DNA of 63,837 nt, counting the filler, from Lama guanicoe (lineage: Eukaryota): NCBI GenBank assembly GCA_013239625.1. It is 212 parts of 212 records of this genome, joined end to end, with 100 filler letters (N's around TTAATTAATTAA, not from the genome) between each part and the next. Parts side by side here need not be neighbours in the genome. Positions count along the whole stretch, not along the records: positions 36,763 to 36,964 come from PNXV01031128.1; positions 37,065 to 37,266 come from PNXV01031129.1; positions 37,367 to 37,568 come from PNXV01031130.1; positions 37,669 to 37,870 come from PNXV01031131.1; positions 37,971 to 38,172 come from PNXV01031132.1; positions 38,273 to 38,474 come from PNXV01031133.1; positions 38,575 to 38,776 come from PNXV01031134.1; positions 38,877 to 39,078 come from PNXV01031135.1; 204 more parts are not named here. One strand, written 5' to 3'. The notes under the pieces are model-generated. The model was not told the origin of the DNA. It did no database searches and worked only from the letters and a program-made list of their open reading frames with translations. This document shows, piece by piece, positions 36,663-49,342 of the stretch. The position numbers and the translations under genes were made by a program. Position 1 is the first letter of the stretch. Every line of letters starts with the position of its first letter.

Positions 36663-37668
36663 NNNNNNNNNNNNNNNNNNNNNNNNNNNNNNNNNNNNNN
36701 NNNNNNTTAATTAATTAANNNNNNNNNNNNNNNNNNNNNNNNNNNNNNNNNNNNNNNNNNNNATTTATATTGACTCATTTAGAACTGGTTAGCAGTGTGT
36801 CTAAAAGGTTTGTAAATTTCTAGAATGAATATTTCCGAAAGTGAATTTGCAATACTGGGTCCTCTTTTTTTCAATTCAGTTTTTTGATTAGCCGGTATAA
36901 TAATCCATCAGCCATTGTCTGTATTATCTATCATGAGATAATAAGATTAGGATCTTGGTAGGCGNNNNNNNNNNNNNNNNNNNNNNNNNNNNNNNNNNNN
37001 NNNNNNNNTTAATTAATTAANNNNNNNNNNNNNNNNNNNNNNNNNNNNNNNNNNNNNNNNNNNNTATATTTTATGAGGCCTGATTTTATAAACAGACAAA
37101 ATACTGTACAAATAAAAACCCAATATTTTTCATGAACCTAGATGCACATATACACCAAAGTACTTGCAAATTAAGTTCACCAATATAATAAAATTTGTCC
37201 ACCCAGAAATTCAAGGTTAATTTAGTATTTGAGAATCAGTCCATGTAAATCAGACTTTGAGGAAAANNNNNNNNNNNNNNNNNNNNNNNNNNNNNNNNNN
37301 NNNNNNNNNNTTAATTAATTAANNNNNNNNNNNNNNNNNNNNNNNNNNNNNNNNNNNNNNNNNNNNTCACTGTCTTGTCTGAACCAGGTGCAAACTCTGG
37401 GGTGGCTTGCACTCTTACTGCCTTATTCACTAGTACAGATGAGTAAGCTGCTGTGTTCTAGACACAGTTCTAAATGCACCAAGAGCTGCTCTTTCAAGCC
37501 TGGGTTCTACTTGTTAAAATCGCTGTGAGTGCTCACTGTCTCTAAACGTCTCCAGCAGCAGAGGCATCNNNNNNNNNNNNNNNNNNNNNNNNNNNNNNNN
37601 NNNNNNNNNNNNTTAATTAATTAANNNNNNNNNNNNNNNNNNNNNNNNNNNNNNNNNNNNNNNNNNNN

Positions 37669-37802
37669 ACTGACAGGCATGGCTGTACTAGGAAAAACAT
37701 TAGAGTGTCTGACATATCCCATACGTACTCCTTCTTACTTCCATTATGTACTAGTACATTAATTTCTCCACAGTAGTCAAATTTAATTGTCCCAACAAAC
37801 AT
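37669..37802 (-). mobile_element. ERVL internal fragment, degenerate dUTPase
   Basis: FVGTIKFDYCGEINVLVHNGSKKEYVWDMSDTLMFFLVQPC aligns with ERVL LAGVIDPDYQGEIGLLLHNGGKEEYVWNTGDPLGRLLVLPC (dUTPase motif 3). Confidence 0.8.
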
Positions 37803-38272
37803 AGAGGGTGTAGAAAATCTGTACTTCTATGTCAGATGGGTCAATGTTATGAGGAATGAAAAATAGCTGANNNNNNNNNNNNNNNNNNNNNNNNNNNNNN
37901 NNNNNNNNNNNNNNTTAATTAATTAANNNNNNNNNNNNNNNNNNNNNNNNNNNNNNNNNNNNNNNNNNNNGTTGTCCTGTTCTCCTGAGCATCTCTGCCA
38001 TAAATCCTGTGGACTTCATCCGCCTTTTATCTTCCCTGACGTGCTGCTTGGCATTCAGAGCAGCAGACTGGAGGCCTTTCTATCTCACTGCCTTCGTCTC
38101 GGGTGCTCAAACGGGGATGCACGGCTTTATCAGTAAGACTCACTGTTTGCACCCACCTTCTCATTTCATCCANNNNNNNNNNNNNNNNNNNNNNNNNNNN
38201 NNNNNNNNNNNNNNNNTTAATTAATTAANNNNNNNNNNNNNNNNNNNNNNNNNNNNNNNNNNNNNNNNNNNN

Positions 38273-38474
38273 ACTCCTTCACGTGGGTTATATATTTCAT
38301 GTTATTTCATCGTGTCCAGCCATAACGTTAACCAAATTTCTCTGATCCACTAGACGGTGGTGCTCTGTCTTCACACAATATTCCTTCGGTATGAAAACTT
38401 AGTTGCTGCATATGAAGTAATTACGTCTGGTTGGCCCCATCTTGAAGCTCTGCTGGTTTGATGACTCTCTCCTT
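38273..38474. repeat. Near-identical pair member (with 38575-38776)
   Basis: Same length and ends, 4 substitutions. Confidence 0.95.
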
Positions 38475-38574
38475 NNNNNNNNNNNNNNNNNNNNNNNNNN
38501 NNNNNNNNNNNNNNNNNNTTAATTAATTAANNNNNNNNNNNNNNNNNNNNNNNNNNNNNNNNNNNNNNNNNNNN

Positions 38575-38776
38575 ACTCCTTCACGTGGGTTATATATTTC
38601 ATGTTATTTCATCGTGTCCAGCCGTAACGTTAACCAAATTTCTCTGATCCACTAGACTGTGGTGCTCTGTCTTCACACAGTATTCCTTCGGTATGAAAAC
38701 TTAGTTGCTGCATATGAAGTAATTACATCTGGTTGGCCCCATCTTGAAGCTCTGCTGGTTTGATGACTCTCTCCTT
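38575..38776. repeat. Near-identical pair member (with 38273-38474)
   Basis: Same length and ends, 4 substitutions. Confidence 0.95.
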
Positions 38777-39782
38777 NNNNNNNNNNNNNNNNNNNNNNNN
38801 NNNNNNNNNNNNNNNNNNNNTTAATTAATTAANNNNNNNNNNNNNNNNNNNNNNNNNNNNNNNNNNNNNNNNNNNNCCCTGACTCTGTTGCCCAGATTAA
38901 TGCTGAAGTGGTGTTCCTACCTTTTCACCAGGTGGCGGCATGGCCTGCAGGGTGTTTACAATTTAAAAATACTCTCAAGTCTTATAAAGAGAAAACAAGT
39001 CAACTAAAAAAACCCTAGAAATCCCTGGATATTACAAACCCAGAAACACAGTCATTCCAGTATCAAATGCGTGACAGANNNNNNNNNNNNNNNNNNNNNN
39101 NNNNNNNNNNNNNNNNNNNNNNTTAATTAATTAANNNNNNNNNNNNNNNNNNNNNNNNNNNNNNNNNNNNNNNNNNNNTTTCACCAAAGATTAACAACAT
39201 TACATGTGTAACTATTGAAACAGAGGGCTGTTTAGGCTATTGTTTCTGTTTATTTGTTAGTCTTTTAACTTGCTCATTTCACAGGAAGTCAAATGTATAA
39301 GTCATAGGTTTTACAGTCTGTTTTCCTTAAGTCAGTGTTTTGGTGCTGTGTTATTGGAGAGCACCAGTGGTTGCAATGTGNNNNNNNNNNNNNNNNNNNN
39401 NNNNNNNNNNNNNNNNNNNNNNNNTTAATTAATTAANNNNNNNNNNNNNNNNNNNNNNNNNNNNNNNNNNNNNNNNNNNNTAACCCTTCTTTTCAAATTG
39501 TGCTGCAGAGCTGAAGGAAACTGCAAAAATTAGAAAATCCTTATCAGCAAGTCATTAGTAAAGCATAGCTGACTTCCAGGAAGCATTACAGAGGGTCAGT
39601 CACAGTATTCCCTGCATGGGACTAAATAAGAATTAAAATTTTACCCTAAGTAGCATGACTTGATGTTACACTTGTTCATTCTNNNNNNNNNNNNNNNNNN
39701 NNNNNNNNNNNNNNNNNNNNNNNNNNTTAATTAATTAANNNNNNNNNNNNNNNNNNNNNNNNNNNNNNNNNNNNNNNNNNNN

Positions 39783-39897
39783 TAATTCAAAGCAAAATAA
39801 TGTCCTATGTCATCTGTCAATAGATAAAAAAAGTTGTGAGATATATATATATATATATATATACACACAGACACATATATATGTGTGTATATATAAA

Positions 39898-39931
<34 letters not shown>

Positions 39932-39982
39932 CGAGTGGACTACTACTCAGTCATTAAAAAGAATAAAATAATGCCTTTTGCA
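39783..39982 (+). mobile_element. LINE-1 3' fragment containing compound (AT)n/(CA)n microsatellites
   Basis: GATAAAAAAAGTTGTG-(AT)n...(CA)n-GGACTACTACTCAGTCATTAAAAAGAATAAAATAATGCC. Confidence 0.85.
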
Positions 39983-40094
39983 NNNNNNNNNNNNNNNNNN
40001 NNNNNNNNNNNNNNNNNNNNNNNNNNTTAATTAATTAANNNNNNNNNNNNNNNNNNNNNNNNNNNNNNNNNNNNNNNNNNNNATTTTATTTTCA

Positions 40095-40284
40095 TGAAAA
40101 GGAATGAAGTTCTGAGATATGCCATAACACAAGTGAACCATGGAAACATTATTCTAACTGAAAAAGGCCAGACACAAAAGGGCAAATATTATACAATTCC
40201 ACTTATAATAAATATCTAAAATAAACAAATTCATTAAAAGAGTAAGTAGATTAGCGGTTACCAGGAGCTGAAGGAAGAGAGGAA
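40095..40284 (+). mobile_element. LINE-1 (L1MB-like) 3' fragment
   Basis: AAAAGGAATGAAGTTCTGAGATATGC...CCAGACACAAAAGGGCAAATATT...GTAGATTAGCGGTTACCAGG. Confidence 0.85.
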
Positions 40285-41592
40285 NNNNNNNNNNNNNNNN
40301 NNNNNNNNNNNNNNNNNNNNNNNNNNNNTTAATTAATTAANNNNNNNNNNNNNNNNNNNNNNNNNNNNNNNNNNNNNNNNNNNNGCATGTGTCAGTGCAG
40401 ATGTTGCCGCAGAAAAGAGGTCTTCCCTGGGTGACCCCAAGAGATAGCCCCTGTTCATTGTCTCTACACCACTGCCCTGTGTGTTCTCTGTAATAGTCAT
40501 CACCCTCACAGGTTGAGTTTGTTTGCCTATTGGTTGCCAGTCTTCTGTCGTCATTAGAATGTCAGTGCCTTGAGATCAGGGACTGCNNNNNNNNNNNNNN
40601 NNNNNNNNNNNNNNNNNNNNNNNNNNNNNNTTAATTAATTAANNNNNNNNNNNNNNNNNNNNNNNNNNNNNNNNNNNNNNNNNNNNGACAAGTCTCCCTC
40701 CCTTCCTGTCCGGTTGTCCCAGGAACCCACCTTCAAATGGGGTGTAGTTGCTTTAAGAGGTCTTCATTCCACTGGCTCCCTCCTCAACGTAGAGAACCGT
40801 AAAATTCCATAAGCTCTAGGGCCCGTGCATTTGCAGGATGGGCCCAGCGTTTCTGCAGCCCCGGTCGGCCTCGCTAACTTCACTGCGTNNNNNNNNNNNN
40901 NNNNNNNNNNNNNNNNNNNNNNNNNNNNNNNNTTAATTAATTAANNNNNNNNNNNNNNNNNNNNNNNNNNNNNNNNNNNNNNNNNNNNAACTATCTGGCA
41001 GTGTATGTGTCAGCTTATTTCTGGGCTCTATTTTGTTGCATTGATATTTGGGTCTATTTCTATGCCACTGCCTTACTGTTTTGATCACTATCACTTTAAA
41101 ATATAGCTCAAAACCAGTAAATTTCTTATTCTTTTGTGTGGAACGTGTTCCCCTCTTTCTTCATTTTCCTTGGTTCACTGTGTTGGTTTTNNNNNNNNNN
41201 NNNNNNNNNNNNNNNNNNNNNNNNNNNNNNNNNNTTAATTAATTAANNNNNNNNNNNNNNNNNNNNNNNNNNNNNNNNNNNNNNNNNNNNTATGAATATG
41301 GAATCATATATTTTTAAAATTAGAACTAGTCTTTTATTATTTCTTTTGTTGGTTAATACGTGCTAAACTCAAGACCAAATCCTAGTCAAAAATAGAGGGA
41401 AAAAAAATAATACCTTAAAATATAGAGGTGTATTGAAATTCAGTAAGTTTTGCATCTAGAAACAGTTGGGTCCATCTGATGCTTCTTCCTAANNNNNNNN
41501 NNNNNNNNNNNNNNNNNNNNNNNNNNNNNNNNNNNNTTAATTAATTAANNNNNNNNNNNNNNNNNNNNNNNNNNNNNNNNNNNNNNNNNNNN

Positions 41593-41793
41593 TTCAAAAT
41601 GACACCTGCACCCCAATATTCATAGCAGCACTATTTACAATTGTCAAGACATGGAGACAGCCTAAATGTCCATCAACAGATGACTGTGTAAAGAAGACGT
41701 GGTATATATATACAATGGAATACTATTTAGCCATAAAACTGAATAACATAATACCATTTGCAGCAACATGAATGTTCCTGGAGAATGTCATTC
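41593..41793 (+). mobile_element. LINE-1 ORF2 C-terminal fragment
   Basis: GACACCTGCACCCCAATATTCATAGCAGCACTATTTACAAT...CCTAAATGTCCATCAACAGATGAC. Confidence 0.9.
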
Positions 41794-44700
41794 NNNNNNN
41801 NNNNNNNNNNNNNNNNNNNNNNNNNNNNNNNNNNNNNTTAATTAATTAANNNNNNNNNNNNNNNNNNNNNNNNNNNNNNNNNNNNNNNNNNNNCATGCAA
41901 TATAATGTATACGTGCAGTCAATCTGTATTAATTCTACCTAATAAAACTTCAAAAAGGAAAATAAATTCTTAATGCTTACAGATAGACATTAGAATGATG
42001 TGTTTGAAGTTTTTAAAAAACGGAATGTTTGTTGGGATTGCCCTAAGTGTATAAATTAGTGACGGAGAACTGGCAGCCATACCCCTGTGGCTACTNNNNN
42101 NNNNNNNNNNNNNNNNNNNNNNNNNNNNNNNNNNNNNNNTTAATTAATTAANNNNNNNNNNNNNNNNNNNNNNNNNNNNNNNNNNNNNNNNNNNNTCCCA
42201 CATTCTAGTGCATTCAGACATTTAGAGTCACAAATGTTTCAAGACTGTGGCCAATATTGATTGGATTTTGGATTTGGAAGAGATATGAAACACCGTATTT
42301 CCCTACCCCCCAGCTCCTTGACCACTTCCGCCACGGATAAAAATTGCGCAAAAACATTAGAGCAGTTGTGGGGGGGATGTCAGGGGTCACCCCCTCTNNN
42401 NNNNNNNNNNNNNNNNNNNNNNNNNNNNNNNNNNNNNNNNNTTAATTAATTAANNNNNNNNNNNNNNNNNNNNNNNNNNNNNNNNNNNNNNNNNNNNTCA
42501 GGAGCTCTTTAAGCAAGCACGTAGCCTTGCCTCACTGATGTATGCCATCTTTGCTGTAAGTTGAAATGACTGGTGTGCATAGGCTATTTCTGGACTATCT
42601 TTTAAAGATCACCAGAATGCAGGGGCCCCTCTACCCGAGGACATGCACTCATTGGACACACGATCCCTGGGCTTTGGACTGAGAACACTAGCTGCCTTAN
42701 NNNNNNNNNNNNNNNNNNNNNNNNNNNNNNNNNNNNNNNNNNNTTAATTAATTAANNNNNNNNNNNNNNNNNNNNNNNNNNNNNNNNNNNNNNNNNNNNT
42801 TCATCCACCCAAATCTTCCTCTGCCCCGGAGTCACGAGGCACACGTGAATGTGGCCACAAAACACACTATACATATAGCTGGTACCAATGTGATGCTGGC
42901 ACGTGGAAGACCAACAGGGCCGTGGGATGGTTCTCCAGAACCACTGAAGGGATCAGTTTACATGAGACCACAATACAACAGAGTTGACGTTCAATTCATT
43001 GNNNNNNNNNNNNNNNNNNNNNNNNNNNNNNNNNNNNNNNNNNNNTTAATTAATTAANNNNNNNNNNNNNNNNNNNNNNNNNNNNNNNNNNNNNNNNNNN
43101 NACGTGCAGCTTGGTGTGTGAGTGAGTGCAGTGAGCTCTAGTAGAGATGGCAGCAGAAGAATGATGCGGGGGGATATGGAGAGACATCCGGCTAGGGCGG
43201 ACATGATGCCCGAGCCCAGGAATTTGCACAGTAAGACCCTGAAAATGGCCGTTCGTGTGAATTCTTCATGTGGGATAGTTACGTTCAAGCCTTGGAGACA
43301 AATNNNNNNNNNNNNNNNNNNNNNNNNNNNNNNNNNNNNNNNNNNNNTTAATTAATTAANNNNNNNNNNNNNNNNNNNNNNNNNNNNNNNNNNNNNNNNN
43401 NNNGGTCCCTGGGCAGGGCTCCCCCCGCCCCGCAACAATGATGCCAACACAAAGGGGAAGCCCGGTTTCATAGTCTCCGGCTTACAGAGCACTTTCCCAG
43501 TTCCCTCTGCTTCGCGGAGCAGACAGGGCGGAAACCGTCACCCCGTTTTCCAAACAGGGCCCTTGATGCGCAGAGGCGGCGAGCACTGCACCCAGGCCGC
43601 ACGCTNNNNNNNNNNNNNNNNNNNNNNNNNNNNNNNNNNNNNNNNNNNNTTAATTAATTAANNNNNNNNNNNNNNNNNNNNNNNNNNNNNNNNNNNNNNN
43701 NNNNNTGGGAGGATCGTCAGCCGCGGTGAGGGAGGAGAATTGAGGGGAAGGAGAGGTCTATAAATAGAGAAATTAGAGAATAAGAAGGCAAGCACTCTGC
43801 CTGAGATGTGGACAAAAGGCTGAGGAGCACTGAAGTTAGAAACAGTTGACTGCCTGGGAAAAGCGGGGGAAGATGTGTCTTAGAAGAGGTGATATTTGAA
43901 CTGAGCANNNNNNNNNNNNNNNNNNNNNNNNNNNNNNNNNNNNNNNNNNNNTTAATTAATTAANNNNNNNNNNNNNNNNNNNNNNNNNNNNNNNNNNNNN
44001 NNNNNNNTAACTGAAAGCTTAGCAATGGTGCAAGAGAAAAGTGAGCCGCAGGTGTAGAGCCTACCCTCGGGAGGCTGGCGCGTGTAGGGACACAGAGCCT
44101 GGCCTCGGGCTCCCCTCAGCCCTGATTCAAGTCCGAGCCCTACTGTTGGCTGACTGTGCAAACTTGACGAAAGTCAATCAATCTGAACCTCAATTTTCCC
44201 ATCTGAAAANNNNNNNNNNNNNNNNNNNNNNNNNNNNNNNNNNNNNNNNNNNNTTAATTAATTAANNNNNNNNNNNNNNNNNNNNNNNNNNNNNNNNNNN
44301 NNNNNNNNNTGATATGACCAATGAAAGGATAATGATATTCAAAATGTATAAACAGCTCCTACAACACAGCATCAAAGAGAAAATCTGCTTAAGAAATGGA
44401 CATGCTATTTTATTTGACTTTCCGACAACTTTGTAAGATACGCAAAAGAAGTGATACGACCGCGTTTTGCAGACAAGCACGTGGGGCTAAGGGTGGCTGA
44501 GTGACTCGCCANNNNNNNNNNNNNNNNNNNNNNNNNNNNNNNNNNNNNNNNNNNNTTAATTAATTAANNNNNNNNNNNNNNNNNNNNNNNNNNNNNNNNN
44601 NNNNNNNNNNNGTGTTCCGTTTAGGGAGAAGTCCTCTAAGTACTTCCTCAATGGATCTGGCGGCACTCACTGCTACGTGGCCTCCAAGTCCAACCCCCAG

Positions 44701-47351
44701 CATTCCCTCATGGCCTGGCCTAAAATAACATTCAGGGAGCAGACGCTAAGGGATACTAATAGTATCCAGGTGCTGCTGTCAATTTGAGGAACTTCCCCAC
44801 ACTCAGAATACCNNNNNNNNNNNNNNNNNNNNNNNNNNNNNNNNNNNNNNNNNNNNTTAATTAATTAANNNNNNNNNNNNNNNNNNNNNNNNNNNNNNNN
44901 NNNNNNNNNNNNCAATGGAGAGTGTAGTGTCTTCTATTGGGCCATGTATGTCTGGATTTTAAATGGGCTATCATGGGACTGGGTCCTATGCTCTTCCCAC
45001 CTGTCCCTAGGCCCAGCCCTCGGAATTTACTCCTGGGAAGTCAACTTGCTCTGTCCTGGAAGGTCTGTCCTCTGCTATTAACATTATCATCTTGTGCCCC
45101 CTGTCCACAGGAACNNNNNNNNNNNNNNNNNNNNNNNNNNNNNNNNNNNNNNNNNNNNTTAATTAATTAANNNNNNNNNNNNNNNNNNNNNNNNNNNNNN
45201 NNNNNNNNNNNNNNCCAAAAATGTCCATTTCTCAAGCAAAAGCTCTTTATGCAAAAGAAACCATTGGATTTAATCACGGTCACTTTGCACATCCTAATGG
45301 GATAACTGATTCACATACTCATCACCCAAGGTGATAAAATCATTATTTGGACGTTTCTCCAAAAATAAAATTCACATCGTGCAGTCACACCTCCTTCCTA
45401 GTCCTGAGGGCTGCAGNNNNNNNNNNNNNNNNNNNNNNNNNNNNNNNNNNNNNNNNNNNNTTAATTAATTAANNNNNNNNNNNNNNNNNNNNNNNNNNNN
45501 NNNNNNNNNNNNNNNNGAATTCTAACCAGGTGTTATTTTTTCTCATCTGATTCTGAATTTTATGTCCTCCCAAACATGTCAAATTCTAATCCCCATTACA
45601 AGAGAAACAGCAGTTGGACTGGCTTCATGACATTAAGGAACTCATATATTCAAGTATCTATTTCTGAGCGAATTTTTTTTGGTGCCAGTCTAGCCATATG
45701 GCCAATAGGATGTGAAATNNNNNNNNNNNNNNNNNNNNNNNNNNNNNNNNNNNNNNNNNNNNTTAATTAATTAANNNNNNNNNNNNNNNNNNNNNNNNNN
45801 NNNNNNNNNNNNNNNNNNTATACATTTCTGTTGTATGTGGGGCCGAGTATTATAAACATCTTTAAGACGCTATTGCATACTGCTAATTGTATTAAAGAAA
45901 GCTTGTATCAATTTTAGTCCTACTGGTTTAAGGAACTAACCAAATATAAAATATTTCCAAACTGTAACATTGTTCTTGAACACTGTATATTTTTTGGTCA
46001 CGAATAGTTCATATTCTGCANNNNNNNNNNNNNNNNNNNNNNNNNNNNNNNNNNNNNNNNNNNNTTAATTAATTAANNNNNNNNNNNNNNNNNNNNNNNN
46101 NNNNNNNNNNNNNNNNNNNNAAAAATCTCTACATGATTTGGCCCCTCTTTTTTATTCCAAATTCATGTCTAAACCATTTGTACTCACTCAGTCCACTCCA
46201 GACCCAGTGCCTTCCATTCTGGTTTTTGTTTGAATCCGAGAGGCGTGTGCAGTGATTCTGGACTGGGTGATTACCAGAGGCCCCATTCAGATCCCTGTTT
46301 GCTGGAGACACGTGCTGGCGGGNNNNNNNNNNNNNNNNNNNNNNNNNNNNNNNNNNNNNNNNNNNNTTAATTAATTAANNNNNNNNNNNNNNNNNNNNNN
46401 NNNNNNNNNNNNNNNNNNNNNNTGTGACTCAGCACCCTTTGATACTTCAGAGACCACATTTTGCTGTCTCATTGGTAAATCTTTCCTACTTCTCCACAGA
46501 GATCAAGGCCCTCTTGTGTGTGTGGGCGTAATGCTAAATCAGGCATCAGAACCAGAGATAGCACCATTTTAGCCATGCCAGGGCAAGGCTGCGGGATTTC
46601 CATCTTTGGCAGGTCCTTGGCTAGNNNNNNNNNNNNNNNNNNNNNNNNNNNNNNNNNNNNNNNNNNNNTTAATTAATTAANNNNNNNNNNNNNNNNNNNN
46701 NNNNNNNNNNNNNNNNNNNNNNNNGCTTTTGAGTTTTACATCACGAGTCTTGCTTAAAAAGGCCTTACTCATCCCCAATTGCAAAACTGTTCTCTGTTTT
46801 TAAATCTGATACTTTAAGCATGATGAAACAAAACACTTAGAATCTAATCTTAAATTAATCTGGCATTGCTCTCCTGTTTGTTAAGGTAGCAACCTGAATC
46901 CCTCCCTGCAGTACCCCTGCCTGCCCNNNNNNNNNNNNNNNNNNNNNNNNNNNNNNNNNNNNNNNNNNNNTTAATTAATTAANNNNNNNNNNNNNNNNNN
47001 NNNNNNNNNNNNNNNNNNNNNNNNNNTTGCTCTTGTAGTCTGTTTTGGTTTTGTTTTGCTTTTTCTCAGGCAGCGTAGACAGGGAACAAGTTTCTAGGTA
47101 AGGAGCAGCGGTAGGGTTACGCTGCCTTCTTTCATGGTTATAGCTGTTGGTGTGCTGACAGTCTCTGGGCACTGGGATGAGCATCCTGAGAGTGAGACTG
47201 GTTCCCATTTGGCTTCTCAGCTCCGTGTNNNNNNNNNNNNNNNNNNNNNNNNNNNNNNNNNNNNNNNNNNNNTTAATTAATTAANNNNNNNNNNNNNNNN
47301 NNNNNNNNNNNNNNNNNNNNNNNNNNNNAAAAAAAAAAAGTGAATGAAGGG

Positions 47352-47530
47352 CCACAAATGGCAAAATGCCCTTCTTTCTTACGGGCGAGTTGTGCTCCAT
47401 TAATTCAAAAAGGTACACATCATAAAAAAGAGTTTTTGTCCATTCATGTATTGATGTCCACTTAGGATGCTTCTGTACCTCGGCAATTATAAATAATGTT
47501 GCTGTTAATAGTGGGGTGTATGTATCTTTT
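47352..47530 (-). mobile_element. LINE-1 3' fragment
   Basis: CACAAATGGCAAAATGCCCTTCTTT...TCCATTCATGTATTGATG-CCACTTAGG...TATAAATAATGTTGCTG. Confidence 0.75.
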
Positions 47531-48234
47531 NNNNNNNNNNNNNNNNNNNNNNNNNNNNNNNNNNNNNNNNNNNNTTAATTAATTAANNNNNNNNNNNNNN
47601 NNNNNNNNNNNNNNNNNNNNNNNNNNNNNNGAATCAGAGCTGGTCCCCTGCTGAATTCACTGCAGTCCCAGCACCCAGCTCTCTGTAGGGCGAGTGCCTC
47701 TCCTGCCAGGACACCCTCAGCCCCTGCTGGGGGCTGCTGTTTCCTGCTGTTCATCCCTGACCTGCGTTGCTGCCATGTCTCAGTCCTTGGGGACAGAGGC
47801 AGAGAGATCCCATCTGCTGTGGGGCTTCTCCANNNNNNNNNNNNNNNNNNNNNNNNNNNNNNNNNNNNNNNNNNNNTTAATTAATTAANNNNNNNNNNNN
47901 NNNNNNNNNNNNNNNNNNNNNNNNNNNNNNNNTAGCTGGTGGTATGTTATCCTCCTGCAACATTGTGCTATCAAGCTTCTATTGAAAGCCCAACTGAAAA
48001 AAATCAGCTCAAGATGAGAACCACATTGGCTGCATATGTGAGTAACTAAAGGCAGAGCCACAGGTATGGAATAACAACTGTGCCGGGAGCCAGGTTCAGG
48101 GAGGAGCTGCGACACCTGACCTAGGTTCTCAACCNNNNNNNNNNNNNNNNNNNNNNNNNNNNNNNNNNNNNNNNNNNNTTAATTAATTAANNNNNNNNNN
48201 NNNNNNNNNNNNNNNNNNNNNNNNNNNNNNNNNN

Positions 48235-48436
48235 CCAGTGCTTCTTGGAGAAATGGTTGATTCTAAGACTGGGGAGGAAATGAACAAGATGAGACTTGTA
48301 GTGCCAGAAAATAAGAAAAATCTCAAAAAGCAAAAACAAAACCTCTACCCACAGTAACAGAGATATTTCAAAAGGATAGAGGGGCCAATTAAAAGAGGCA
48401 CCCATGGCCAAAGCTGGAAAAATTTTAGCAACATAA
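48235..48436 (+). mobile_element. Old LINE-1 3' UTR (L1MC/MD-like)
   Basis: CTTGGAGAAATGGTTGATTCTAAGACTGGGGAGGAAA...CATGGCCAAAGCTGGAA. Confidence 0.6.
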
Positions 48437-49140
48437 NNNNNNNNNNNNNNNNNNNNNNNNNNNNNNNNNNNNNNNNNNNNTTAATTAATTAANNNNNNNN
48501 NNNNNNNNNNNNNNNNNNNNNNNNNNNNNNNNNNNNAGAGGCAGGACGCCGGTCTCCAGGTGAGCTTGCTTCTGGGAGGCGGCGGCGGTGGCAGGGGGAG
48601 GGGGTCCGTTCCAGGGAGCTGCTTCATTTCTTCTCTCCCCTGCGGCCTGGCCTGGGGGCGACCTCTGCCACCGGAGATTTGCCTGAGGCCCGACTCCAGG
48701 TGAGATTGCTCCTGGGAGATGGGTGCAGTGCGGTCAGGNNNNNNNNNNNNNNNNNNNNNNNNNNNNNNNNNNNNNNNNNNNNTTAATTAATTAANNNNNN
48801 NNNNNNNNNNNNNNNNNNNNNNNNNNNNNNNNNNNNNNTCCGTGTCATTTACTATAATGCTAGGTCAAAGAAGACGAACTATATAATCATCTCCACAAAT
48901 GCAGAAAGGGCATGTAGAGGGGAAAAGCCGTCAAAATCTAAATGGAGAAATGCTAGGAGCAGTAGATCCGAAAGTAGTGACCAACGCAATAAGACAAGAA
49001 AATGACATTAAGAGTCCAACAATTTCAAAGAGGAAATAACNNNNNNNNNNNNNNNNNNNNNNNNNNNNNNNNNNNNNNNNNNNNTTAATTAATTAANNNN
49101 NNNNNNNNNNNNNNNNNNNNNNNNNNNNNNNNNNNNNNNN

Positions 49141-49342
49141 CTGGGTGCTTCAGAGAGGAGCTGCAGCAGAGGACATGGGGGAGACATGTTCTGGGAAGGC
49201 TCCACAGGATCCTGATCATGTTACAGTTCCCCCCTTTTCTTTGATAGCTCTCAGTCTCGAGGAGAACAGGTGTTGGATGAGAAAGGGAATAATGTTTGGA
49301 CAGAGAGGTTAGCCATCAACTCGGCAGAGGAACCTGGTTTTA
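49141..49342 (-). mobile_element. ERV internal / polypurine tract / 3' LTR junction
   Basis: Minus strand reads TATCAAGAAAAGGGGGGAAC|TGTAACATG...: a PPT at about 49229-49241 immediately before an LTR-type TG start at 49225. Confidence 0.65.
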
